A stretch of 64,000 nucleotides of DNA from Chrysomallon squamiferum (taxonomy: Eukaryota > Animalia > Mollusca): positions 15,438,001 through 15,502,000 of the forward strand of contig CM022673.1 in NCBI GenBank assembly GCA_012295275.1, read 5' to 3'. A model generated the notes under the pieces. That model saw nothing but the letters and a program-made list of their open reading frames with translations. It was not told the DNA's origin and made no database searches. Below, piece after piece: positions 14,057 through 26,887 of this stretch (position 1 is the first letter of the stretch; the number at the start of each line of letters is the position of its first letter). The position numbers and the translations under genes are program-made.

Positions 14057-14599
14057 CATAATAATAATAATGATAATAAATTTTAATAAAATAAAATAAA
14101 ATAAACATGTTTAACTGAATGTGAAAATACAGATATTTTAGACAAGGTTGAAATTATAATATTTCTCTTTTATGTTTATTTATTTATTTTTACATTTTTG
14201 TAACAGATGATCAGTATGTATGTATACACATACATAGAAAGTAACATTTGTGTAATATAAAATTAAATGTGGAATTAAATAGATGGCGGTAAAAATAAAA
14301 ACCGCGGACATAAGAGAAATTTAATTAAACTGAAAACAGAATAAGGTTAAAATAAAACACGCTGACCTGACAGTAAACTAATTAATAAAATAAGTTGGTT
14401 ACATAATTTGAAGATACAAATTTACATTATATATCTTTATAAATACCTTAGTTGTTTTTTTTTTTTTTTTTTTTTTATTATTATTTTGTATATTTTATAT
14501 TTTTTTTTTTTTTTTATTGTTATAGTTTATTTTGTATTCTTATTTTATTTCATTTTTTATTTTAGTTTGAGCCTTCTCTAAATGTTTCGGGGCTAACTG

Positions 14600-15690
14600 A
14601 GTTGCCTGCCATAATCTGTCTTTAATTTTAAGCTACGCACTCCAGACGATTGTCAGAGCTATTTTCCTGTAACCAGTTATTTTTTACTAACTTTAGGGGT
14701 CCTTTGGAAGAGTGCCCGTTTATCGATGTCAAATGGGGAGAAACCCAGTGATTCTTGTTTTGAATATCCAGAAACAAATAGAACATAGGGTATCCCCTGA
14801 TCCCAATATTGTGTTCCACTGTAACACCTCAAAATGTTGTTCATCCTTTGGTAAAATTTTTGAAAGATGGATAACTTTTTTGTGCTTCACACAGAAGTTT
14901 CTGTACTGAGTTAATCTGTGGGATATTATCAAGAGACATGTTCAACTCCATAGAACTATTTCTTTTATCAACCCAAACTGCTATTTAACTAAATTCTGAT
15001 TCAACCTTTTTTACCCGAATCTATCTCATCTACTCCTTCAACTGTCCTTGACAAATATGCATCTGTTAAGTCAATTAAATGATTTTTTCCATTTTTCTCA
15101 TTTTCCTTCCTGCAGAAGTGATAGTAACGCAGACCAGAAAAATATCGATTACCTCACCATCACATACTGAAAAGGGAGTATTTAACACGTATTTTTTCAA
15201 ACTTTTTATCACAACAACTCTATGAAAGATCATTATCCAGCAACAAAAATCTACTCCCTCCATCGGTAAACTGATTCTGAAACCGACAATACCTTTCCAG
15301 AAACTCGGGCTGAATTGATAAGAAATCTAAGTAATAGAATAGTAGAACTGACTGGATGATTAAATATTTGCCTCTTTCCAACTTTCCTGAAACTGTTATG
15401 GCATTTTTTATAATCAGGCTGTGCAAAGCTCCAGTATCTCGAAAAATAGAATATGCTCTAGGATCACCATTTGTTTGAATATCACAAATAGTTGTCTTCT
15501 AACTATAATTGTTCCAAATTATGGATGTTTTAATGATACAATTATTTTGGTGCGGTTTTCGCACAATTGCATTTTGAAGACATCTCTAGCTTTACGGGCA
15601 TGTTCTGAAAAGAGACTGTTTATGACAAAGCTTATTTCATAGTATGTAGAACTTTGTAGTCCAAATATTCAGCATGTTTTTGTTGGATTC
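14600..15690 (-). mobile_element. Degenerate 3' portion of a non-LTR retrotransposon ORF2 (L1/Tx1-like C-terminal region)
   Basis: Overlapping frameshifted minus-strand ORFs (...IFHRVVVIKSLKKY...PFSVCDGEVIDIFLVC...) resemble the zinc-binding C-terminal region of LINE ORF2; an A-rich tract follows on the minus strand (~14455-14560). No RT core motif seen. Confidence 0.45.
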
Positions 15691-15739
15691 TTCTTTTTTT
15701 CTTTTTTTTTTTATTTCTTTTTTTAATGATATTATTGAT

Positions 15740-17752
15740 TTTTGTTGCGTTGTCCAGCCTAAAAATTAAGATTAATTTAATTGAAGAAAAAAGTGTTATT
15801 ATTCGAAACCTGTTTTCGACAAGACAGTCTTGTAAACAGAGAAGACACTGGTGTTCAGCTCAAAACACTGTTAAAAAGAATTTGCTAAATAATAATGAGA
15901 ATGAGATTATTTTGGGTTCTTGATTCAATATTTTCATTTATTCATGACGGAATTATTTTTCTAATAATAATTCTTTCCAGAATGTTTCGATGACTATAGA
16001 GGAACGCAAAAACATACAATGCCAGGACTTTTGCGTCAAAATGTGAATGAACAATTCCCGAATTACGTAAGTTTTGTGGAACCTAAATGATTCTATGAGC
16101 CTAGAATAAAATATGAAGAAAACTTTTGCCGTCATCCTGACATTTCTGGTTATCGATGGTGCTATGTATTGATTCTGTTTTGTATGACAAAATAATTGAT
16201 ACATAGTTGATAATGCATGCGCCAGCTTTCGCACCAAACTGACGAAAGACAGAGAACGGCGTGTTCCATAGGAACAGACGATCACTCTCGATTACTGAAT
16301 GACATTTGTATCGCTGGCCGATTGGTGTTGTTTTCAGTCTGCAAGATCCTGCTAAAAGGGTGTCATGCGCTAGAGTCTTATCATCGGCATATTTCGTTTT
16401 TGGTCTTTGTGCTCCTAAATATGGTTTATCTGGATATATCTTCATAAAACAATAGACTATTCACTGTTAAATCCAAAGTTATACAATCACACATTTGTCT
16501 TGAAACACGTACATCAAATGCTTTATAATAATATCAATAAAATATTTGTGTTCAATTTTCTAATTGATATGATAGATTTAAGGTGGTATTTTTTCTAAAA
16601 TTTAATAGTGATTACAAATATAAAGCTTTTAATTTTAATAGTTTGAACTGTGTTTTGGCTGAATTATTCGAAACTTTAATCAATTAATTTTTTCTAAAAT
16701 AACGTTTCATTCCAGACTGTTACTTTGAAATTGACGGAAAGGTACCCTACAATAGAATAAAGTCGGTTACGCGTTCAGGACTATTATCCGTGGTGCTATA
16801 TTATGACAAAGGTTAGATGGCAGTCCTCTGGAATTCCAGTATGCTAAGAATACCTCTGTTTTCTGTGAAATGTTAAGAAAATGAATCAGCACTAAATCGT
16901 ATCCACTCTATCGAATAAACTGCTTCAAGACTCTTTATTTTTTATTTGTTGTCTAATAAAAAAGAATGGATGCTATATCTGCTTGTATTTTTGTTTCTAT
17001 TATTGAAATTATGTCTAAACTATTAAATCTAACAGTTAATAGTATTTGAACAATCCATTCATCCATATACAAATGTGTAACATATCCTTTGAAATCATGA
17101 TGTAAATTTTTGTTTTAGAGTCGTTTCTTCTTTATTCATTTTTGCCCAGTTTCGTTCTCACATTACAGTCCTAAGGTTTAATTTTTTTAATATGATTAAA
17201 ACTCACTTTAAGAAAATCCCATTTAGAGAAAGAAATAGAAGGTTGGTAAAAGCGGACAATTCAATTTTTGTTCTAGGAATTTGTTTTTGTTTTTGTGACA
17301 AGAATAGATATACTGCATGATTTTGTGAACATAGTACTTAAAAACAATAAAAGTTAAATCGTGAAATGAAGCAACAAGAACACATTCTCAAGGAAGATCT
17401 GGTCATCCATGAGAAAGTTGGACAAGGTAAAATAAATAAACAAACAAACAATAACAAAATTCAAAAAAAAAAATGTGCAAAAAAAAAGAACAAAAAACAA
17501 AAGCAGCAATACAAGTACTGGAGATTGTAGTATTAGTAGTGGTAGCAGCAGCAGTAGTAGTAGAACTACTGATAATAGAAGCAGCGGTAACACTAGTAGT
17601 ATCAGAAAAATGTACAAAAAGTGAAATCACATTAACTGTATGATGATGAACAAGATGAAGAGAATAAAAAACAAATAACCAATAATTAATAATAAACAAT
17701 AAGCAGGCAAACAAACACACAAACAAAAACACACACAAACACATCACAGAGT

Positions 17753-17806
<54 letters not shown>

Positions 17807-18335
17807 AAGAGACAAATAAACAAATATATAAATAAAAAATGGTTTGATTCAGTATTCTACACATAATGTATCAAATGCAGCGATAGGTGATGGTTTTCTT
17901 TATATAAGTGCATGTGAAACAGAATTTGTTGACGAAAGTACTCCTTAAAGTGGAGATCTTGGATTTCACCTGTAATATCGCTCACTATAAGTAATCAATC
18001 AATTATAAAAAACCAAAGTTTAAAAAAATAAAATCACACAGGTACACACACACACAGCCACTCACACACATACACACGTACACAAAAGAAGCCATAGTTA
18101 ATAACAGAATGTGCCTGAAATGTCGTTGTTAAAATATTCTGAATTATCAAAAGCATAATCAATAAATAAATAAATAAATAAGTAAAGCAGCTTTGATATT
18201 GTAATTTTAAAGGCATAAGTACAGCAATCCTATTTGTATCACTTTGATAAAGAATCAAAAGAGTCTTTTTTGAAAAATACATAAAGATTTCCTGTAGCTA
18301 CAACAACACAACAAAATTCATTCACTGTTAAAATA
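15740..18335 (+). repeat. Segmental duplicate of ~22640-25620 (gene C unit versus gene D unit)
   Basis: Colinear shared intron, insert and 3'-flank sequence, e.g. 16210-16400 ~ 23246-23430, 17320-17430 ~ 24500-24640 and 17863-18005 ~ 25177-25325. Confidence 0.9.
15981..16847 (+). pseudogene. Gene C: 5'-truncated kringle pseudogene, relic K2 exon (15981-~16168) and K3 exon (~16716-16847)
   Basis: Close copy of gene D K2/K3. K2 has an 18-nt deletion, Cys->Arg, CGA->TGA stop and a lost 3' end; K3 has a large internal deletion. No signal or K1 exon found upstream. Confidence 0.88.
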
Positions 18336-18339
18336 ATAT

Positions 18340-19110
18340 GGAAACACGCCACACGAACGTCCGTCAGAGCACCATTGCACATATCAGGAAAGGTACCAGC
18401 AGGACTGGAATTAGAAAACTAATGGTGAATATGGTTCAGCGACGAGTCACGTTTCCTTCTACAATGTGTTTGAATACGCCGCAATGAATGTTTTGTCAGC
18501 GGCTGACAAATTCGGTGGAGACTGTATCATTATGTGGAGAGCTATCTCATACACTGGCAGAAGTAAATTTATGATGCTACAAGACAACCTGACAGCTGTA
18601 TACTGCTGGGATGAAATTCTTCGCGGTCACATGCTTCCCATTTTGGAGCGACGGAGAGAGCTTTTCAAACAGGACAATGCAAGGCCGCATACGACACGCG
18701 TAACAATGGATTTTATACGGAATGAAAACATTAATGTGCTCCATGGCCATCTACATATAAACATAGATCACCACTGAGCATCTGTGGGACGAACTGGACA
18801 GAAGTTTACGTCAGCGTGATAAGGACCCTTGGACGCTCCCGCAACTGTCAAATCCACTGCACTAAGAATGGACCTCTAATTCCACGTGCCCGGATTCTGA
18901 GACTCATTCAGTATATGCCAACGAGATATCGCACAGTGATTCTGGTGGCTACATAACATACTGATTTTAGCTGCCTCTAGCGACGCTGACTGGTCAAACC
19001 CACCCATTACTCATGTCAGATTTAAATGTGATATTATAATAAATAACAAAATTATGCCTCTTTGTATGAAAGAGGTAATTCATGAATATTTCTACTGTGT
19101 GTTGCTTTTT
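18340..19110 (+). mobile_element. 5'-truncated Tc1 element, degenerate DDE domain
   Basis: WFSDESRF at ~18431, DKFGGDCIIMW, FKQDNARPHT, then a frameshifted EHLWDELDR segment. Absent at the matching position of the paralogous unit (~25620). Confidence 0.88.
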
Positions 19111-19226
19111 CAGAATCTGAATGCAAACTGTTTAAAAAGCTTTTTTTTATTCTATTTTTTAAATGTGTTTCTCCAGCAATTTGGGCATGTATTGGTTTGT
19201 TTGTTTGTTTGTTTGTTTGTTAACTT

Positions 19227-19257
<31 letters not shown>

Positions 19258-19555
19258 TTTGTTCATTTATTTATTTACTTGTAATAAAAAGCTACTTAAT
19301 ATTTGGACTTGTATCATATGCTTTCTAATGTTTGTTCCTTTTTTAGCAGAGTATATTTCAGAATCTGAATGCAAACTGTTTAAAAAGCGATTTTTTATTT
19401 TATTATTTTAAATATATTTCTCTGGCGTTTTGGGTTTGTATTTCTATTTATTAATGTTTTGTTTGTTTGTTTGTTACCTTATTTATTTATTTATTTATTT
19501 ATTTTTTATTTTTTTTGTTTGTTTATTTGTTTATTTGTAATAAAAAGCTACTTAA

Positions 19556-19726
19556 TATTTGGACTTGTGTCATATGCTTTCGACATCGACAAGTTATTAA
19601 TCATAGCAGAATATGAGTATAAATATAATGTAGTTCCACTATTTTCATTATACAGTAACAAAGCATTCAGCTGATTCACGTTGTACTTCAACTTAGTGAG
19701 AATCACTGGTTCAGTTGACTGTCAAC
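19556..19726 (+). promoter_or_regulatory. Gene D promoter module (CATATG 19571-19576, TATAAA 19618-19623) and putative non-coding exon 1 ending at donor gtacgt (19727)
   Basis: Aligns with 26058-26230 and 31790-31960; the upstream part is locally duplicated (19110-19330 ~ 19355-19580). Confidence 0.65.
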
Positions 19727-21357
19727 GTACGTATTGTAACCTCTAGCGTCCTGTATTCATACTTCTAACTGTTTTCGAACGCCTTGCTTTGTATATTTTT
19801 CATTATTTTTCATTTTTTCATTTCTTCTTTTTTATCATTCAGCTAGTAATAGAAATAGTAGTAGTAGTAATAATACTATTTATAGTAGTAATGACAGTAC
19901 TAGTAATAGTTGTAGAACTTGAAGTAATGACAGTAGTGGTAATAGTTGTAGTACTTGAAGTAATAGTAGGAGCAGTAGTAGTAGTAGTAACAGCAAATTT
20001 CTGTTCATTTGTTTTGTCTTTCATTTTCTAGTCTGACTTTTTCTACGATCTATCCTTAACATTATTCTCATCATTGTCAGCTAGTTTAACACTACCGCTA
20101 TCGTTCTTGTTATTCCTACTCATCCTACTATTGTTGACAGATAAAAGTTCCAATTGTTGCAGCAGTTATATATATATACACAAACATTTTTAATTTATGC
20201 TCTCAAGTTAAATAGTCCCTTAGGCCTTAAGTAAATCTCATTCGGAGAATTAAATAGACGGTTGGAAAGAGCGGACAAGTTCATTTTTTAAAATATTATA
20301 TTTTATTTTATTTTATTTTATATTTCTTCTTCTTCTTCTTTTTTAAACCACAATACAACACAAAACCAAAGAATGTTTCGAAATTTTATTGAAAGCATAT
20401 GCGTTTTTTGTGTGTGTGTGACAAGAATACATATACTGCATGATTATGTGAACACAGTACTAAAAATAATAAAAGTGAAAAGAAGCAAAAAGACAATGTC
20501 TAGGAAGATCTGATCTTCCAAGAGAAACTGAGTCAAGGTAAAAATAAATAAGTAACGAAACAGAAACTCAAAATTATTTAACAGTCTGAAAAAAAAAAAA
20601 TAATAAGAATAAGAATAAGAATAAGAATAAGAATAAAATGAAATAAAATAACAACTAACAATGCATTATCCTTATCATTTCTTTAACTATTTCCACACAC
20701 ATACACACACACATACACGCACACGCACACACACGCACACAGAAGCACTCATTTACAAACATATTTTTTAAAAGATTGCAACGTTCATTTTATGGGCTGC
20801 GGTATTATAGTCTCGAGGATTATCTCAGTCGCCCAAAGACAGCTAGCTATATGCTCCTGGCGGATTCGAAGACGGCCTTATGCCAAAGAGCTGCATTACC
20901 CGAAAATAATAAGTACTCCGTTGATGTCTTTAATTTGATTAATATTCTAGTTCCCTCTGGACATCATTAACAACATGTTAATTCGGTCAGAATCAGAAAT
21001 TATTTGGAAAGTTGTTCGGAATAAACTTTAGGGAAAATATGATCAGATGTACTTACACAGTACACGTTGAGAAACCTGAAAAGTAAAAAATAAAATGCTG
21101 ATATCTTACAGTTTTCGAATACTTTAGCGTACACAAACTTTATTTCATTAAAATAGAATAATAAAAATGTATAAAAAACGTTCTGATGACTATCTATGAG
21201 CTGTATTTGAAATATATATGATATATGTGTTAGATTCTAGTCTCAAGCTTAGTCCCTTTATTCCAAAATAAGAAAAATTCCGAATTCCTAAACGCAAGCA
21301 GTGTTTATTTATTTATTTATTTATTAACAAAATAATCATTATTATTATTATTATTAC

Positions 21358-21433
<76 letters not shown>

Positions 21434-21664
21434 TACAGCGGAGAATGCTGCAGTTTTAGCTGATACTCAGCAAGGAAATCCTCAGCTAAAGAAACCTAAA
21501 ACTCATGAGTAAACGATAATATCGAACCTTACAAATCTTATAAAATACCGCATTCTGCATTACACGATATGGCCACTGCGAAGATCATTAACTTAAATAG
21601 AAGGACTCTATAATCATCAGTCTGTGCTCCTTAATTAATTTACTTTTCATTTTCCCATTCACAG

Positions 21665-21737
21665 ATGAGATTTCTGGTTATGAACGTCTTTATCATTATA
21701 ACGCAATTTGACAATGCAAATCTCAGAACTATCAATT
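21665..21737 (+). CDS. Gene D, signal-peptide exon (MRFLVMNVFIIITQFDNANLRTIN)
   Basis: ttcacag|ATG, donor T|gtaagt, 73 nt, phase 1. Confidence 0.85.
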
Positions 21738-21960
21738 GTAAGTAAAGACTTTCTAGTTTTCTTGTTCTTGTTCTTAATTAGCCGATATAATTTATATCAT
21801 CTCACTGAAAGATAGTGTTCTTTATTACAAGTAAACGTAACATAATCAAACAAACCGTATGTGTGTTACCGTGTATGTGCATGTTTAATCGTTTCTTTTT
21901 TCCTTCTTTATTTTCTAATTATTATTATTTATTTATTTTTATTTATATTTTTTTGTTCAG

Positions 21961-22203
21961 CCTTCTGTTACTTTAAAGAGAATCGAAGGGTATCTAGATA
22001 CGTTGGCACCGTACATGTTGCAGTAGGTGGTGCTACGTGCCAACAATGGACAGATAGATTCAATGACAAGGATGCATATCGTTTCCCAGACGACGAATCT
22101 GTGAAGGCTGCTAAAAACTACTGCAGAGACCCAGATGGATCTGGTTATGTATGGTGTTATGTCGACGGAAATCCAAAAGTGTGCGATGTTCCAAAATGCA
22201 AAG
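21961..22203 (+). CDS. Gene D, kringle 1 exon (FCYFKENRRVSRYVG...CQQWTDR...[41 protein letters not shown])
   Basis: gttcag acceptor, G|gtttat donor, 243 nt, phase 1-1. Confidence 0.92.
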
Positions 22204-22866
22204 GTTTATATTTACAGAAAAAGATAATTTTAATTGTTGTCAATTCTTACTTACGGACTGTGGTATTGATGTCATTATGATAATGATTATTTATTCAGCT
22301 GAGCTTAAAAGGAATATATTATAATATATTATTTATTTATTTATCAATTTATTTATTTATTTAAAATAAATAATATCAAATGCAGTCATAAATATAAATA
22401 AATAAACTAATAAACACTTATTATTGTTGTTGTTACTAAACTGGTTTTGATAAAAATTGAACATCTAATTTTTGTTTTCGAGGAATTCGAACATCATATA
22501 AAAATTATGAAATAAGTAAAATTGTGTATTGCAAATACTTATCTTTTCCTTTTTTTTTTTTTTTTTTTTTTCTTTTTCTTTTCTTTTTTTTTTTTTTTTT
22601 TTTGTTTTTTTTTTTTTTTTTGCTATATAATGTGTTAACTTTTGCTGTTTGGACCATCCTAAAAATAAATATTGATTTAATTGAAGAAAACGATGTACTT
22701 ATCTGAAATATTTTTTCGAAAAGTCCATTTTGTAAGTAGCGATTAAAAGTTAGCTCTGTTCAGAACATTGTTAAAATTAATTTGCTAAATAATGAGGGGA
22801 AAGATATTTGTGTAGGACTTTTTGATAGAAAATTTTCATTTGTTTTCCAATAATATTTTTTTACAG

Positions 22867-23118
22867 AATGTTTCGATCTGATAAACGGAAGAGCTGACTA
22901 TAGAGGAACGCAGAAACATACAATGTCAGGACTTCTGTGTCAAATGTGGCTTGAACAATTCCCGAATTACATTAGTTTTATGGAACCTAAACGATTCTAT
23001 GAGGCTAGAATAAAATATGAAGATAACTTTTGCCGTGATCCTGACTTTTCTGGTTATCCATGGTGCTATGTAAAAAACACAAAGGGATGGGAGCCATGTG
23101 GAATTCCAAAGTGTGAAG
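22867..23118 (+). CDS. Gene D, kringle 2 exon (ECFDLINGRADYRGTQ...CQMWLEQFP...DNFCRDPDFSGYPWCY...WEPCGIPKCE)
   Basis: ttacag acceptor, 252 nt. The donor G|gttgaa is weak; read-through would stop at TGA 23121-23123. Confidence 0.88.
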
Positions 23119-23768
23119 GTTGAAGTATTAATTATGTTTTGTATGACAAAATAGTTGATACATAGTTGATAATTCATAATATATATTTATGAATCCAATC
23201 TATTCCTAAACACATATCTGCATACCCCATAACTGATACACAGTTGATAATGCATGCGCCAGCTTTCGCACCAAACTGTCGAAAGACAGAGAACGGCGTG
23301 TTCCATAGGAACAGACGATCACTCTCGATTACTGAATGACATTTGTCTCGCTGGCCGATTGGTGTTGTTTTCAGTCTGCAAGATCCTGCTAAGTGGTGTC
23401 ATGCGCTAGAGTCTTATCATCGGCATATTTCGTTTATGATTTCACTTTGGTCTTTGTGTTCCTGAATATGGTCTATATCGATATATCTTTATAAATCAAT
23501 AGAATATTCATTCTTAAGTCCAAAGCTATACAATCATACATTTCGTCTGGAAATACATGCATCAAATATTTAAGTACTATCAATAAAATATTTGTGTTCA
23601 ATTTTCTAATTAATGTGATAGACTTAAGGTGTTTTCTTAGTTTTTTTCTAAAACTTAATAGTGATTACAAATACAAAGCTTTTCATTTTAATAGTTTGAA
23701 CTGTGTTTTGGCTGAATTATTCGAAACTTTGATGAACTAATTATTTCTGAAATAACGTATCATTCCAG

Positions 23769-24001
23769 AATGTTATTATCAAATCGACGGAAAGGTCGTC
23801 TACAATGGAACAAAGGCGGTTACGCGTGCAGGACTAATGTGCCAAAGATGGGACGAGCAATCTCCCCATGCACAAAAATTTGGAGAGAATATTAAAGATG
23901 GTAAACATAACTACTGTCGTGATCCAGATAATTCCCATTATACGTGGTGCTATACTATGACACAGATTAGGTGGCAGGCCTGTGCAGTTCCAGTATGCTA
24001 A
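23769..24001 (+). CDS. Gene D, kringle 3 / terminal exon (ECYYQIDGKVVYNGTKAVTRAGLMCQRWDEQSPHAQKFGENIKDGKHNYCRDPDNSHYTWCYTMTQIRWQACAVPVC*); missing from the ORF track
   Basis: Manual translation; ttccag acceptor, open frame; spliced CDS 73+243+252+233 = 801 nt = 266 aa. Confidence 0.9.
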
Positions 24002-24719
24002 GAACTGCTATCAGACTGTTTATATATATTTTGTCTAATGAAGAATAATGGATGCTATATCTGCTTGTATTTTTGTTTATATTCTTGAATTTATGTCTAA
24101 ACTATTATATCTAACAGGTAACAGTATTTGAACAATCCATTCATCTATATACACAAATTTGACATATGTTTTGAAATCATGATGGCACAAATGTGACATA
24201 TGTTTTGAAATCATGATGTTAATTTTTGTTTTAGTGTCGTTTCGTCTTTATTCATTTATGCCCAATTTTTTGTCTCACATTAAAGTTTAATGGTCCCTTA
24301 TGTTTTCGATTCTTCATATGCTTAAAACTCAATTTAAAAAAATCTTATTTAGAGAAAGAAATATAAGGTCGGTAGAAGCGGAGAACTCATTTTCTTTTCT
24401 TTTTTTCTTTTTTTTTTTTTTCATTTAATGACCATGCAACACAAAACAGAACACGATAATGTTTCGAACCTTTATTGAAAGAATTTGCTTTTTGTATGAT
24501 AAGAATAGACATACTGCATGATTTTGTGAACATAGTGCTTAAAACAATAAAAGTTAAATCGTGAAAAGAAGCAACAAGAACACAATCTCAAGGAAGATCT
24601 GGTCATCCATGAGAAACTGTGACCAGGTAAAATAAATAAGTGAACAAACAAACAAACTAAAACAAAATTCAAGAAAAAAAATAATGTGCAAAAAGGAACG
24701 AAAAAAAACGAACGTACAT

Positions 24720-24781
<62 letters not shown>

Positions 24782-25026
24782 TAATAATAATAAAAATAAT
24801 AGCACAGTGAGCTTAAAAATAAAAGCAAGTACTGGAGGTTGTACTATTAATAGTGGTAGCAGCAGCAGTAGTAGTAGAACTACTGGTAATAGACGCTGCG
24901 GTAAAACTAATAGTATCAGAAAAATGTACAAATAGCGAAATCACATGAACTGTATGATGATGAACATGATGAAGAAAATATAAAACAAATAACGAATAAT
25001 TAATAAAAAAAAAAACAAACAAACAA

Positions 25027-25075
<49 letters not shown>

Positions 25076-25979
25076 AACAAACAAACAAACAAATAAAAAA
25101 GATATAAATGTATTTGATTCAGTATTCTTCAAACGCTACTTGTCATAGCGAGCAAAACTAGCCAAAAGGACATAGATAATGTATCAAATGCAGTGATAGG
25201 TGATTGTTGTTTTTTTGAATAGCTGCATGTGAAACAGAATTTGTTGGCGAAATTATTCCTTGAAGTGAAAATCTTGGATTTCACCTGTAATATCGCTCAC
25301 TATAAATAATCAGTGAATTATAAAAAAAATAAAGAAATAAAGAAAAATAAAAACACGATATAACAATTAATAATAAAATGTGTCTGATATGTCGTCATTA
25401 AATCTATACTGAAGCTAAAAAAAAAAAAAAAAAAAAAAAAGGAAGACAGTGAGCAAATATTAGCTCAGCTTTGATATGGTAATAATTAAAGATATAACTA
25501 TAACAATAGATTTTTATCAATCTGATAACGAACCAAAGGAGTGTGTTTTAAAAAATGTTTATTATGTAAAGTTTTCTTTAGCTACAAGTACGCAATTCAA
25601 TTTCCTCACTTTATATTACGTTAACTCCTGTTGTTGGAAAAGTATGTGCTAAAAAATACAAAAAGAAAACTGGTATATAACCAGGAACAATAACAACAAC
25701 AACAGCAACGCAAGAGCTATAATAATAACAATAACAATAATAATAATAATAATAATAGTAATAATAACGTTAAAATGTATTAGTATTGTCATTGTTAATT
25801 TTATTATTAATTTTCTTCTTGTTATTTTTATTATTTCATCCATGTGTGCTTGTACGTGTGTATGTATGTGTACCTTCCTATGTGTGTGCAGCATGTTTAG
25901 CTAGGTATTTGTACGCATTTGTAGAATGATATTTCAGAATCGAAACGCAAAACATTTTATTTTTTGTTTGTTTGTTTGT

Positions 25980-26030
<51 letters not shown>

Positions 26031-26057
26031 TTTGCAATTACAAAAAATAATAATAAA

Positions 26058-26230
26058 ATTTGCACTTGTACCATATGCCTTTGACAACGACAATGAGTTT
26101 TCGACAATAGAATAAATCTAATGTAATTTATTTTCCATCACTGTCAGTATTCAATAACTAACCATCCGCCTGCTCAACGCTGAACTCCAACTTAGTGAAA
26201 CTCACTAGTTACTAAATTGAATGTGAACAC
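26058..26230 (+). promoter_or_regulatory. Gene E promoter module (CACTTG..CATATG..TTTGACA) with a decayed TATA box and exon-1 relic
   Basis: Aligns to 19556-19726; TATAAA is replaced by AATAAA (26111) and the exon-1 donor position reads ac instead of gt. Confidence 0.6.
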
Positions 26231-26887
26231 ACCTATTAATGGTAGTAGTGAAGAAATAATTAGTAGCAGCAGTTTCTTTTGCTAACATCTCTTTTCTTTC
26301 TTTTTTTTTTTTTTTTTTCTTCTTTTTTTTAACTTTTTTCTTTGTTAAAATGTTCTACTCAGATTATTCTGGGTCGTTTCCTTAACGATAGGCCCATCAT
26401 TTACTTCAACAGCACTGCTATCTGTTGTCATTTCTGCTGTTACTACCAGTGTTGTTAAACAGATGTTCCTTTTGTTTCAATTAAATTAAGATTAGTAAAA
26501 CCAGAAAAAAAAGATATTAAAGTGAATTTGTTGAATTTTTTACATATATATATACACACACACACACACATACGTATATATTTTTATATTTTACTTAATT
26601 ATTTCCTACACTCTCAGATACACACAAAAACACACAAACACAGACAGAAACACACACGCACATGCACTAACTCATACACTGTATTTTCGTTTTCTGTTAT
26701 AATGTTTTTTAGTTATAAATGTGTATGTATATTATGTTTTACACTGTATTTATTTGAGAGACAGAAAAGCATTTTAAAATATTAAGAATCCTGAAAGGTT
26801 ATGTGTACGGAGGCCGATATTACCATAAAAGAGATTAATTACAATCCATACTGTTTAATTAAATTACTTTTCGTTTTATAATCACAG

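Noticed and set aside
16210-16400. GC-richer insert shared with 23246-23430 and loosely 28745-28880, considered as a structured ncRNA or extra exon
   Set aside because: No splice sites or conserved frame; most simply an old interspersed-repeat fragment copied with the duplication.
21439-21510. Possible extra exon in gene D intron 1 (tttacag|cggagaATG...)
   Set aside because: The ATG frame stops after four codons, the donor is weak and no paralog has a counterpart.
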